Shown: in pieces, positions 40,212-49,688 of the stretch
How positions within the stretch are numbered: the first letter of the stretch is position 1
Layout of the letters: the number at the start of each line of letters is the position of its first letter
Source: an uncultured Anaeroplasmataceae bacterium
GTDB taxonomy: Bacteria > Bacillota_I > Bacilli_A > Acholeplasmatales > Anaeroplasmataceae
NCBI GenBank assembly: GCA_964473015.1
Contig: CAYYMS010000002.1
Coordinates: forward strand, 154,550 to 218,549
Reading direction: 5' to 3'
DNA: 64,000 nucleotides
The notes under the pieces: model-generated
Database searches by the model: none
What the model was told of the DNA's origin: nothing
Seen by the model: the letters and a program-made list of their open reading frames with translations, nothing else
Made by a program: the position numbers and the translations under genes

Positions 40212-40907
40212 ATGATTTTAAATATTAGTGCATCCTATGCGATGCTATCTGTTTTATTTATAATATTATCTTATCTCATAGGTTCTATACCCTTTGGTAT
40301 TGTAATCGGAAAAGGATTATGCCATATTGACATTAGAGAGCATGGAAGCAAAAATATAGGCTCTACAAATGCAATACGTGTTTTAGGGAAAAAGGTAGGA
40401 TTTTTAGTATTCTTTTGCGATGTATTTAAAGGAATGGCCGTAATTGCTTTGCTTAAAATACTATCTGCATTAAATATATGGACTACCCCAATCGAATATT
40501 TCTTTTATGGTGCTGCAGCAATTATTGGTCATTGCTTTTCCATATTTTTAGATTTTAAAGGCGGTAAAGCTGTGGCAACTTCGCTTGGTGTAGTGTTAAT
40601 TCTTACTCCAATACCTGCCATTGCCTGTCTTGTTATATTCTTAATAATCTTATATACAACCGGATATGTTTCTTTGGCATCAACAGGTGCTACAATAACA
40701 GTAATTCTATCAACATGGCTCTTGTATTTCTTTGGAGTAAAGGCTACAAATTTTTGGGATTTTTTCATTTCAAAGCCATCCCTTTTAGTCTCCGTCCTTT
40801 ATTCTATTTTAAGTCTTTTAATTATTTTTAAGCATTTTAAGAATTATAAAAGACTCATCCAAGGAACGGAAAACAATTTTAAAAAAAGAAAAAAATTAGA
40901 ACAATAA
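40212..40907 (+). CDS. plsY: Glycerol-3-phosphate acyltransferase PlsY
   Basis: Motifs SYLIGSIPFG, DIREHGSKNIGSTNA.R, D..KG, GH.FS...FKGGKAVAT and H..N..RL..GTE. Start position uncertain. Confidence 0.92.
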   Translation: MILNISASYAMLSVLFIILSYLIGSIPFGIVIGKGLCHIDIREHGSKNIGSTNAIRVLGKKVGFLVFFCDVFKGMAVIALLKILSALNIWTTPIEYFFYGAAAIIGHCFSIFLDFKGGKAVATSLGVVLILTPIPAIACLVIFLIILYTTGYVSLASTGATITVILSTWLLYFFGVKATNFWDFFISKPSLLVSVLYSILSLLIIFKHFKNYKRLIQGTENNFKKRKKLEQ

Positions 40908-40927
40908 TCGTTCTAACTGGGGTAATT

Positions 40928-41488
40928 TTAATTACCCTTTTTTTCTTGGTAATGTTTTAGCGCCTCAGCAAATCTTTGATAATGTATATTCTCTCTTTGT
41001 CTTAAGAAGGATAAAGGGCCTAAAATTTCTGGATTATCGGTTAAATCCATTAGATGCTCATAAACCGCTCTAGCTTTTTCTTCTGCTGCCATATCCTCAG
41101 TTAAATCCGCAATTACGTCTCCTGAAGAAGCTAGAAGTTTTACTGTATAAGGATTATCTCCTGCATCGGTAGGATAAATTCCTCCTGCATGATCAGCATA
41201 CAACGCTTCAAGTCCTGCTTTCTTGTAATCTTCTGCTGTACAGCCTTGCGTTAAACCTTTCATCATAGCAATCAGAATTTCGATATGAGCCATTTCTTCT
41301 GTAGCAATTTCGGTAAGTAAATTTCTACCAACCAAATCAGGCATAGTCGGTGCCTGCATAAAATAACGAATGCATGCGTTTAATTCTCCTGCATAGCCTC
41401 CAACTTGTGTAATCAAAATTTTTGCAAATTTTAAATCCGGTTTGCTTATATGAACAGGAAATTCTAAATATTTTTTATATTCCCACAT
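40928..41488 (-). CDS. cotJC: Manganese catalase-family spore coat protein CotJC
   Basis: Motifs TQVGG..GEL....RY, IATEEMAHIE, EDMAAEEKAR..YE.L and FLRQRE..H.QRF. Confidence 0.88.
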   Translation of the reverse strand: MWEYKKYLEFPVHISKPDLKFAKILITQVGGYAGELNACIRYFMQAPTMPDLVGRNLLTEIATEEMAHIEILIAMMKGLTQGCTAEDYKKAGLEALYADHAGGIYPTDAGDNPYTVKLLASSGDVIADLTEDMAAEEKARAVYEHLMDLTDNPEILGPLSFLRQRENIHYQRFAEALKHYQEKKGN

Positions 41489-41871
41489 TATTTTTCACTC
41501 CAAGGAAGTTTTAAATCAAAGAAACCATTTAATATTTCACTACCACAGGAAAGAGCAGAAAATTTAGTTTCTATAAATTCACAAATTTTTTTCTTTTCAG
41601 AATTTACTTTTTTTAACATTTCAAATGCTTCTTTATTATTTGGATGTGTACATATATATAAAGTCAATTCAATTCCAGTAAACGTGTATACCTCTAACAT
41701 ATAGATTGCACGTTCAAAATCGGAATTAAAACTAATTTTATCTACTTTATACTTATAAGGGATATATAAATTTTCCCAAATAGAGCCTTTTAAAAATCCT
41801 TTTTCTATATCATTATCAATCACAAATGGCTGAGAGTTTATTTCTAATGTCTTAATAAATATCACTCCCAT
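41488..41871 (-). CDS. cotJB: CotJA-CotJB-like fused spore coat protein
   Basis: CotJA-like GFLKGSIWENLYIPYK followed by CotJB-like ELTLYICTHPNNKEA and terminal PW; directly upstream of cotJC. Start uncertain (41871 ATG or 41856 ATT). Confidence 0.75.
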   Translation of the reverse strand: MGVIFIKTLEINSQPFVIDNDIEKGFLKGSIWENLYIPYKYKVDKISFNSDFERAIYMLEVYTFTGIELTLYICTHPNNKEAFEMLKKVNSEKKKICEFIETKFSALSCGSEILNGFFDLKLPWSEK

Positions 41872-41961
41872 AGTTATTCTATGAGTGGGTATATTATAAT
41901 CATAGGCAAAAATCAAAACCTTTTAGAAAAAAGAAAAAAGCCGTTAACCGGCTTTATATTC

Positions 41962-42129
41962 TTATTCAGCAACGATAGCATCTACTGGGCAAACTGCTTC
42001 ACAAGCACCACAATCAATACAAGTATCAGCATCAATAACAGATACTTCTTCAACTGTAATTGCACTAACAGGACACTCAGGAGCGCATGCGCCACATCCA
42101 ATACAAGAATCTGTAACTTTTCTAGGCAT
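41962..42129 (-). CDS. 2[4Fe-4S] ferredoxin, 55 aa (absent from the ORF track)
   Basis: Hand translation MPRKVTDSCIGCGACAPECPVSAITVEEVSVIDADTCIDCGACEAVCPVDAIVAE; two CxxCxxCxxxCP motifs; AAAGGAGGA RBS and downstream terminator. Confidence 0.95.
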   Translation of the reverse strand: MPRKVTDSCIGCGACAPECPVSAITVEEVSVIDADTCIDCGACEAVCPVDAIVAE

Positions 42130-42252
42130 TGTCGATTCCTCCTTTAGATTTCTATCCTTATTTTAGCACTATTCTATAAATTTGTCTATATTAAGGTTGA
42201 AAAATTAGACATTAAAGTGTAAAATAATAAAAGTAAAAGGAGTGAAAATGAA

Positions 42253-42528
42253 GTGAATACAAATTTATTTTTAACTGCAGTTGAATTAGGTACTGGTGAA
42301 TTTGTTTTAGCTTGGTGGATGTTGGTAATTATAATTCTTGGATGTATCCTTCTTGCTGCAATAGTAACATTCTTTGTAACTAGAAAGATATTTACGAATC
42401 AATTAAAGAAAAACCCTCCAGTAACGGAAGCTATGATACGTGCAATGATGACACAAATGGGACGCACCCCTTCTGAAAAACAAGTTAGAGCAGTTATGCG
42501 TTCTATGAATGATGCAAAAGATAATTAG
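42253..42528 (+). CDS. yneF: YneF/UPF0154-family membrane protein
   Basis: TM helix followed by KKNPPVTEAMIRAMMTQMGRTPSEKQV. Confidence 0.88.
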   Translation: MNTNLFLTAVELGTGEFVLAWWMLVIIILGCILLAAIVTFFVTRKIFTNQLKKNPPVTEAMIRAMMTQMGRTPSEKQVRAVMRSMNDAKDN

Positions 42529-42547
42529 GATGAATTCTCATCCTTTT

Positions 42548-42841
42548 TTATTTGCCTGTAATTTTACAATATCTTTTTGCCGCCTCTTTTGGAGGCATTT
42601 CTCTTAAATTTTTTTGAGAAAATATATTAAAGCGCACTCCTAAGAAAATATTAAAAAAGCCAGCCACAACCATAATGATACCTACGATTTTTAAAGCAAA
42701 CTCTATTTTTAAGCAAAAATAAATGCCAAATCCTAAAAATAATCCGCCAATAAGTACGATAAAAATCATGACTCCAATACTCAATTTTTTTTGTACACTT
42801 TTATATCTTTTGCTGTATTCTTCCATTGTTTGCTTATCCAT
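42548..42841 (-). CDS. Hypothetical small membrane protein (2 TM)
   Basis: GAGGA RBS; two hydrophobic helices; convergent with yneF at a shared hairpin. Confidence 0.6.
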   Translation of the reverse strand: MDKQTMEEYSKRYKSVQKKLSIGVMIFIVLIGGLFLGFGIYFCLKIEFALKIVGIIMVVAGFFNIFLGVRFNIFSQKNLREMPPKEAAKRYCKITGK

Positions 42842-42955
42842 TATCTATATCCTCAATTCTTATTTTAATTTTATCATAAAAAATAGAATTTTTTATAGAT
42901 AAATGTAAAAAATAGTATTATAATAAATAAGAAATTAAGATAAAATGAGGATTTT

Positions 42956-43945
42956 ATGAAAAAAATATTATTACTTACTACTGGAGGAACTATATCTAGT
43001 ATTGAAAGCGATAACGGATTAGTACCTACCGATGCATCTAAAATTATGACAGAAGCACTAAAGGATTCGGATTCAATTATTACAACAAAAAACATTATGG
43101 TATTGGATAGTTCTAATATTCAACCCGAAGAATGGAAAATCATTGCTAAAGAAATATTTACTTCTATGAATCACTATGATGGAATCATTATAACCCATGG
43201 AACTGATACTATGGCATATACAGCTTCTATGATGTGCTTTATGATTCAAAATCCAACGATTCCTATTGTGTTTACAGGATCCCAGCTTCCTATCACACAC
43301 CCTTTAACTGATGCTGTATTAAATTTAAAATCTGCTTTAGTTATGGCCAAAACAAATCATCAAGGAATATTTTTGGTCTTTGATAGAAAGATAATTTTAG
43401 GATGTAGAGCCGTAAAAGTTCGAACCAGTGGTTTTACAGCTTTCGAATCGATTAATTTAAAATCCATAGGAAAAATAAATTCAAATGGATTAATGATTCG
43501 AGAAGAAATGCTAACTAAATATGAGAAAGAACCAAAATTAGTTCTAGATATTGAAACGAATGTTTTTTTACTAAAACTAACACCTACAACGAATCCAAAT
43601 ATAATTGATCTTTTAATCTCTTCTGGAATAAAGGGAATTGTTATTGAAGCATATGGGGCTGGAGGTATTTCCTTTATACGTAGAGACTTTGTATCAAAAA
43701 TAAAAAAAGCAACTGAAGCAAATATTCCTGTCGTTGTTTGTTCCCAATGTCTTTATGAAAGTTCTAATTTCCAAATTTATGAAGTAGGAAATAAAGCTAT
43801 TGAAAATGGTGCAATAGAGGCATTAGATATGACAACAGAGTCTGCCGTTTGTAAGCTTATGTATGCTTTAGGACAAACAAAAGACTTAAAAAAAGTAAAA
43901 GAAATCTTTTCTTCTCCTATCGCTAGAGAAATTGCTTCTAACTAA
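42956..43945 (+). CDS. ansA: L-asparaginase, type I
   Basis: Motifs TTGGTI, DSSN, HGTDTMAY and TGSQ.P. Confidence 0.92.
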   Translation: MKKILLLTTGGTISSIESDNGLVPTDASKIMTEALKDSDSIITTKNIMVLDSSNIQPEEWKIIAKEIFTSMNHYDGIIITHGTDTMAYTASMMCFMIQNPTIPIVFTGSQLPITHPLTDAVLNLKSALVMAKTNHQGIFLVFDRKIILGCRAVKVRTSGFTAFESINLKSIGKINSNGLMIREEMLTKYEKEPKLVLDIETNVFLLKLTPTTNPNIIDLLISSGIKGIVIEAYGAGGISFIRRDFVSKIKKATEANIPVVVCSQCLYESSNFQIYEVGNKAIENGAIEALDMTTESAVCKLMYALGQTKDLKKVKEIFSSPIAREIASN

Positions 43946-43970
43946 AAAAACAGTTCAATTTGAACTGTTT

Positions 43971-44591
43971 TTATTTTACAATTTCTTTTATTTTAGCGGA
44001 TAATATCTCAAGAGCAACATCATGCTTATTATCGTTAGGTATAATAATATCTGCATACCTTTTTGTAGGGGCAACATAGGCATCATACATTGGTTTTACC
44101 GTGTTTAAATATTGCGATATAACTTCATCCATACTTCTTCCTCTTTGAGCGATATCTCGCTTTAATCTCCTTATAAATCGGATATCCGCATCAGATTCTA
44201 CATAAATATGAATATCGGATAAAGCTCTAATATCTACATCATATAAGGAAAGAATTCCCTCTAGAATGATTACCTTCGTAGGCTTTATGTATATTTGCTT
44301 TGAACTATGCCGATTATGTGTTGCAAAATCATAAACAGGAGTATATATGCTTTCATAATGTAAAAGCTTTCCTAAATCCTTTTTTAAAAGATCTAAGTCG
44401 TAAGAATCTGGATGATCATAATTTATTTTTTTCCGTTCTTCTAAGGTTAAATCATCCCTTTTTTTATAATAATTATCCATATATAATACAGAAATGTCAT
44501 CCGTTTTAAAGAGATTTACAATCTCATTCACGACTGTGGTTTTTCCACTAGCGGTACCACCTGCAACTAAAATTAACATTGGCTTACTCAT
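43971..44591 (-). CDS. udk: Uridine kinase
   Basis: Motifs AGGTASGKTT, MDNYYK, NYDHPD, ILEGIL and RFIRRLKRD...RGR. Confidence 0.93.
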   Translation of the reverse strand: MSKPMLILVAGGTASGKTTVVNEIVNLFKTDDISVLYMDNYYKKRDDLTLEERKKINYDHPDSYDLDLLKKDLGKLLHYESIYTPVYDFATHNRHSSKQIYIKPTKVIILEGILSLYDVDIRALSDIHIYVESDADIRFIRRLKRDIAQRGRSMDEVISQYLNTVKPMYDAYVAPTKRYADIIIPNDNKHDVALEILSAKIKEIVK

Positions 44592-45249
44592 AATCTACTC
44601 CCACCCAACTTACTACTGCTAAAGAATTTAAATATTTTTTTGAATCATTCGTTAAATAATGAGAATACACTTTAACCGAATTTAGGGCAAAACAATCATA
44701 AAAACAATCATTCCCAACATCAAAAACCGATTTAGGTATACTAATTTTTTGTATTTTTGTATCCGCAAACGCCATACTTCCTATACTCTCTACACCTTCT
44801 TTAAGATTTACGATATTTAAAGAATCACACTTGTAAAAGGCAGACGCTCCAATATTGGTAGCAGATAGCGTTATATTATCTAGCTTTTTACAATAACTAA
44901 AGGCATTTCTGTAAATTGTATCCACCTTATCTAAATTTATCGTTTCTAATTTAGAACACTCACTAAAGGCTAATCGATCAATATAAATAACATTTTCACC
45001 TAAAATAATATATTTCACATTATTCTTCTTGTAAAATGCACGTGTTCCTATTCCTATGACTTCTTTGTTCTTATAGGTATCTGGAATAACATATTTACTT
45101 GCATTGCCATAAACCTTAGATACGTAATAAGCATCATAATCTTTACTATAGGTGTAGGAAAGCCTTGGTATATTAAAGAAAAGAATTAAAAATAGAAATA
45201 ATCCAAAAGCTAGGATAGAAATAGGTAAGATAATCTTAAGTTTTTTCAT
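44584..45249 (-). CDS. Membrane-anchored BspA-type leucine-rich repeat protein
   Basis: N-terminal TM helix; repeats IG.RAF, ID..AF.EC, IGASAFYKC and IGSMAF. Confidence 0.8.
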   Translation of the reverse strand: MKKLKIILPISILAFGLFLFLILFFNIPRLSYTYSKDYDAYYVSKVYGNASKYVIPDTYKNKEVIGIGTRAFYKKNNVKYIILGENVIYIDRLAFSECSKLETINLDKVDTIYRNAFSYCKKLDNITLSATNIGASAFYKCDSLNIVNLKEGVESIGSMAFADTKIQKISIPKSVFDVGNDCFYDCFALNSVKVYSHYLTNDSKKYLNSLAVVSWVGVDYE

Positions 45250-47050
45250 TTTTTATATCCTCACTTTCTAGATGTTTATATTGTAGTTCATATAAATTAT
45301 AATACAAACCTCTTCTACTTAAAAGAGTTTGATGATTTCCCTGCTCCATAATTTTTCCTTTGTGGAGTACAATGATATGATCGGCATGCTGAATGGTAGA
45401 TAATCTATGGGCAACAATAAGCATTGTTCCAATATTTTTCATTTTCTCTAAGGAATCCTGTATAAGAATTTCCGTTTCCGTATCAATGTTTGCGGTTGCC
45501 TCATCTAAAATCATAATATTAGGCTTATGGATTATCGTCCGAGCAAAGGATAAGAGTTGTCTTTGACCACTAGAGAAATTAATTCCTCTTTCTAACACCT
45601 GGTGATTTAAACCATCGCTAAGCTGTAAAACAATTTTATCGGCATTGACATATCTACAAGATGCCATTACCTCTTCTATTGTAAAATTCGGATCTCTTAA
45701 GGTTATATTTGATAAAATACTTCCCGAAAATAAAAATACATCTTGAAGCATTTGTCCTATGTGCTTTCTTAGTGAACTTATTTTAATCTTTTTTATATTT
45801 ATTCCATCAATTCTTATTTCACCCTTTTGTATTTCATAATTTCTTACAATTAAGGCTAGAATTGTCGTTTTTCCTGCCCCAGTCGCTCCAACAAAGGCAA
45901 CCGTCTCTTTTGGCTCTACGCTGAAGGTTATATCCTTTAAAATCCAATGTCCCTCATGATAGGCAAACCACACATGGTCAAACTCAATTTTACCTTTAAA
46001 TTCTTCAATTTCAATTGCATCTTCTGTATCAAGTATTTGTGGTTTTATATCCAAAATTTCAAAAATACGTTCTGCAGATGCAAAAGAAGACTGCAGCATA
46101 TTAAACTGATCCGCAAGCTGCTGAATCGGATTAAAGAAGCTGTCAATATACCGGTAAAAAGATACATATAAAGCTAATTCTAATTGTTTGTTTCTAACCA
46201 AAAGAAAGCCATTATATAATACAATAATTTGAGTTAAAACATATAAAACGTAAATTGCTGGACGAAAAATTCCAAAGATAAGAACCTCTTTTATTGAATT
46301 TTTTCTAAGTTCATTATTCTTCCTTTTAAATTCCTCTAGCTTTTTATCTTCTTGATTGAAAATTTGCGTAATTTTCATTCCAGAAATATTTTCAGATAAA
46401 AAAGCATTCATATTTGATATGGAGCCTCTTACTAATCGATACTGCTTACGGGATAAATGCTTAAAAATAACATATAAGAAAATTAGGATAGGCGCAATAA
46501 TACAGACATACATCGTTAAAATAGGCGATATAATCAGCATCATTACAACCACAAAAATAATGGTTAATATATAACGAATTAAATTAACGATTACATTTGT
46601 AAATAATTCATTCACTGCATTAATATCGGAGGTAACTCTCGTTACAAGCTTTCCAATCGGAGTTTCATTTATCTGGGCTATAGCTAAAGACTCTATATGT
46701 ACAAAGACTTCTTTACGCATTTTTAAAACGATTTTTTGTCCTGCTTTTTGTAGCATCATAGTATTCAAATAATTGAAAAAAGCGGAACAAAAAATGATAA
46801 CAACATAAATAACAACGAGTATTAAGGAGAATTTTAATTTTTGATGGTCAGCAAGAGTTTCATTTCCTAAGGTTCCAATGACCTGTCCTTCTAAGAATGC
46901 GGGAATCAAATCCGCTAAAACAAGTAGAGTTGTTAAAAAGAAAGACAATATAAAATATATGCCTACTGGCTTTAAATATAGGAATAATCTTTTTATAATT
47001 TTATTATCCTTATAGACTTTTATATTTTTGGTATCGTCAAATTTTTGCAT
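45236..47050 (-). CDS. ABC exporter, fused permease/ATPase (heterodimer subunit)
   Basis: TM domain plus GATGAGKT, FSSGQRQL, ILDEATA and AHRLST. Confidence 0.92.
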   Translation of the reverse strand: MQKFDDTKNIKVYKDNKIIKRLFLYLKPVGIYFILSFFLTTLLVLADLIPAFLEGQVIGTLGNETLADHQKLKFSLILVVIYVVIIFCSAFFNYLNTMMLQKAGQKIVLKMRKEVFVHIESLAIAQINETPIGKLVTRVTSDINAVNELFTNVIVNLIRYILTIIFVVVMMLIISPILTMYVCIIAPILIFLYVIFKHLSRKQYRLVRGSISNMNAFLSENISGMKITQIFNQEDKKLEEFKRKNNELRKNSIKEVLIFGIFRPAIYVLYVLTQIIVLYNGFLLVRNKQLELALYVSFYRYIDSFFNPIQQLADQFNMLQSSFASAERIFEILDIKPQILDTEDAIEIEEFKGKIEFDHVWFAYHEGHWILKDITFSVEPKETVAFVGATGAGKTTILALIVRNYEIQKGEIRIDGINIKKIKISSLRKHIGQMLQDVFLFSGSILSNITLRDPNFTIEEVMASCRYVNADKIVLQLSDGLNHQVLERGINFSSGQRQLLSFARTIIHKPNIMILDEATANIDTETEILIQDSLEKMKNIGTMLIVAHRLSTIQHADHIIVLHKGKIMEQGNHQTLLSRRGLYYNLYELQYKHLESEDIKNEKT

Positions 47051-48822
47051 CAGATTTCACCTCCACCAACTTCTTTTTCTAAAGATTGAAGATGAACCAT
47101 TTCTTGATAGTATTTATTTGTTTTCAGTAAATCGTTATGTGAGCCAATACCTATAATTTTGCCCTTATCCATAATAATTATTTTATCTAAAGTCTCAACG
47201 GTAGATATTCGATGTGCAATAAGAATGGTTGTTTTATTTTGTCTTATTTTTTTAATATTCTTTAAAATCGTTTCCTCTGTTTTTGTATCTACAGCAGAAA
47301 CCGAATCATCAAAAATTAAAATCGGAGGATTTTTAATTAAGGCTCTTGCAATCGCAACTCTTTGCTTTTGACCTCCAGATAGGGTTACACCGCGTTCACC
47401 TAATATGGTTTGATATTTCTCATTGAATTCTATGATATTATTATGTACATCAGCCAGTTTTGCAGCATCCTCTATTTTTTCTTCTTCAATATTTTCAAAT
47501 GCAAAGGAAATATTATTAGCAATCGTATCTGAAAATAAAAAATTATCTTGTGGGACATATCCAATATTTTCTCTAACCCTTTTAAATGGCAGGCGCATAA
47601 TATCGATACCATCGATAAAAAGTTGATTTTCATCTATGTTATAGGTTCTTAAAAGTAAATCCACAATGGTAGTTTTACCACAACCTGTTTTACCAATAAT
47701 TCCTATATGTTCTCCTTCTTTAATCTCAAAACTTATATTCTCTAGAATATTATGGGTTGCATCCGGATAATGAAAGCATAAATTCTTAAAAATAATGCTA
47801 CCCTTTATTTTTTCTAATTCTACAGATTCATTATCTTTAATGTCTATTTTTTCTTCTAAGAGCGTAGCAATTCTTTTATAAGATGCTTTTGCTTGCGCTC
47901 TCATATTAATTAATTGTGCCACAGCCATAAAAGGCCAAATCAATGTATCAAAATAAGCCACAAATTCAAATAGTTCTCCACCACCAAAAACGACACCATG
48001 AAATGTTGCTTTTTGTATTACAAAATAAGAACCCAAGCCGAATAAAATAGCAATAATCGAAGACAAAATTAGGGTAAGTAAAACATTCAATAGGGTAGAA
48101 TATCTTACAAAGCTCATATTTTTATCATAGTATTCTTGATTTAGTTTATCGAAGTGACGTATCTCGTGTAATTCCTTAACAAATGCTTTTACTACAGCAA
48201 TACCACTAAAATTTTCTTGCGAAAAATCAGAAAGCTTATCATAAGCCTCTTGTCTTTTTAAAAACTTTTTTTCCATTACTCTTCCAACTAATATAGATAC
48301 GATTGCTATAAGGGTCATAGGAAATAAAGAAATTAGCGCTAAAATCCAATTACAGCAAAACATACGATATAAGGCAAAGCTTCCTAAAAACAATGCATCA
48401 ATTAGCATAATCGTCCCAGAACCAAAGGATTGCCGAATGGTTTGTAAATCATTCGTAAAAAGTGCCATAAGTGTTCCTGTTTTATGCTCTTTGTAATATT
48501 GATTTGAAAGCTTTTCTGCATGAATAAACATGTCTTCCCTTAAATCTCCTTCTATTCTTGCAGCCACTCCTAAAACACAATATCTCCACATAAAGCGTCC
48601 GAAAAATAAAACAAGAGCAATAATACCCAGATAAATCATATATTGCAAAACTTTATTTTCATCATTAAATAAGGATTTATCACTAACACCATTTACAATG
48701 TTTTTGCAAACGACAGGTATTTCTAATTGAAAATAATCAACTAAAATAAGAGCGAATACACCAAATAAAAAAAATATAAAATACTTTTTATAAAACTTAT
48801 TTACATGTTTTCCTATGAGCAT
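47050..48822 (-). CDS. ABC exporter, fused permease/ATPase (heterodimer subunit)
   Basis: Motifs GKTGCGKT, LSGGQKQR, degenerate Walker B IFDDSVS and AHRIST. Confidence 0.92.
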   Translation of the reverse strand: MLIGKHVNKFYKKYFIFFLFGVFALILVDYFQLEIPVVCKNIVNGVSDKSLFNDENKVLQYMIYLGIIALVLFFGRFMWRYCVLGVAARIEGDLREDMFIHAEKLSNQYYKEHKTGTLMALFTNDLQTIRQSFGSGTIMLIDALFLGSFALYRMFCCNWILALISLFPMTLIAIVSILVGRVMEKKFLKRQEAYDKLSDFSQENFSGIAVVKAFVKELHEIRHFDKLNQEYYDKNMSFVRYSTLLNVLLTLILSSIIAILFGLGSYFVIQKATFHGVVFGGGELFEFVAYFDTLIWPFMAVAQLINMRAQAKASYKRIATLLEEKIDIKDNESVELEKIKGSIIFKNLCFHYPDATHNILENISFEIKEGEHIGIIGKTGCGKTTIVDLLLRTYNIDENQLFIDGIDIMRLPFKRVRENIGYVPQDNFLFSDTIANNISFAFENIEEEKIEDAAKLADVHNNIIEFNEKYQTILGERGVTLSGGQKQRVAIARALIKNPPILIFDDSVSAVDTKTEETILKNIKKIRQNKTTILIAHRISTVETLDKIIIMDKGKIIGIGSHNDLLKTNKYYQEMVHLQSLEKEVGGGEI

Positions 48823-48824
48823 AT

Positions 48825-49688
48825 TTACCTCCTTTTAAGAAGACATTTCATATCATATGGTAAATCCTTTGTAAGTTGGATTTCTTCTTTCGTTACCGGA
48901 TGAACAAACGCAATACGATAGCTATGAAGAGCTACTCTATTTATTCGATTTTTATTGCCATAATATAGAGTATCTCCCAATAACGGATGTCCTAAGTGCG
49001 AAAAATGAACACGAATTTGGTGTGTTCTTCCTGTCTCAAGATTTACTTCTAGTAAGGTATAGTCTTTAAATTCCTCTATTACCTCATAATGGGTAATTGC
49101 ATTTTGTCCCGTCTTAGAGACTCTTCTTCTTGACTTATGGTGCCGATCTTCTCCAATAGGAAGAGAAATACTTCCTGTTTTTTCTTTCAATTTTCCTTCA
49201 ACAAAACAGCGATAATATCTTTTTACTTGATGTAGGGCTATCATATGATTCATATAAGACATGGAAAGCATATCTTTACAAAAAAGAATAATACCCGTAG
49301 TTTCTATATCTAATCTATGGGCATATTTTATGCTTAAATCATATCCCTTATTCTTATAATATTGTGCCACAATATTACATAAGCTTCCCGTTTTATCCTT
49401 GGAATCTGGATGAACAATTAACTGAGCAGGCTTATTTATAATAAGTAAATAATCATCCTCATATATAATATTTAGCTTTTTAGAATCGCCTTTAAAATCG
49501 ATTTCTTCTTTTTCTATTATCGACACAATATCTCCGGGAAATAATATCGAATCTTTATTACATTCTTTTTGATTTATCTTTATATTCTTCTCTAAAAACA
49601 AAGTATAAATTTTAGATTTCGAAAGATAAAAATCATTTAAAAATTCTAAAATTGTTTCCTTTTCTAATACGGGATAGTTAAAAATCAT
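48825..49688 (-). CDS. RluA-family pseudouridine synthase
   Basis: Motifs INKPAQ..VHP, HRLDIETTG and TGRTHQIRVH. Confidence 0.9.
   Translation of the reverse strand: MIFNYPVLEKETILEFLNDFYLSKSKIYTLFLEKNIKINQKECNKDSILFPGDIVSIIEKEEIDFKGDSKKLNIIYEDDYLLIINKPAQLIVHPDSKDKTGSLCNIVAQYYKNKGYDLSIKYAHRLDIETTGIILFCKDMLSMSYMNHMIALHQVKRYYRCFVEGKLKEKTGSISLPIGEDRHHKSRRRVSKTGQNAITHYEVIEEFKDYTLLEVNLETGRTHQIRVHFSHLGHPLLGDTLYYGNKNRINRVALHSYRIAFVHPVTKEEIQLTKDLPYDMKCLLKRR

Noticed and set aside
41881-42147. 88-aa plus-strand ORF in the track
   Set aside because: It is the antisense shadow of the ferredoxin gene and has no RBS or recognisable motif.
42237-42256. ATG-AAG-TGA mini-ORF overlapping the yneF GTG start
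   Set aside because: The same RBS is acceptably spaced for the GTG start, and a two-codon ORF is easily produced by chance.
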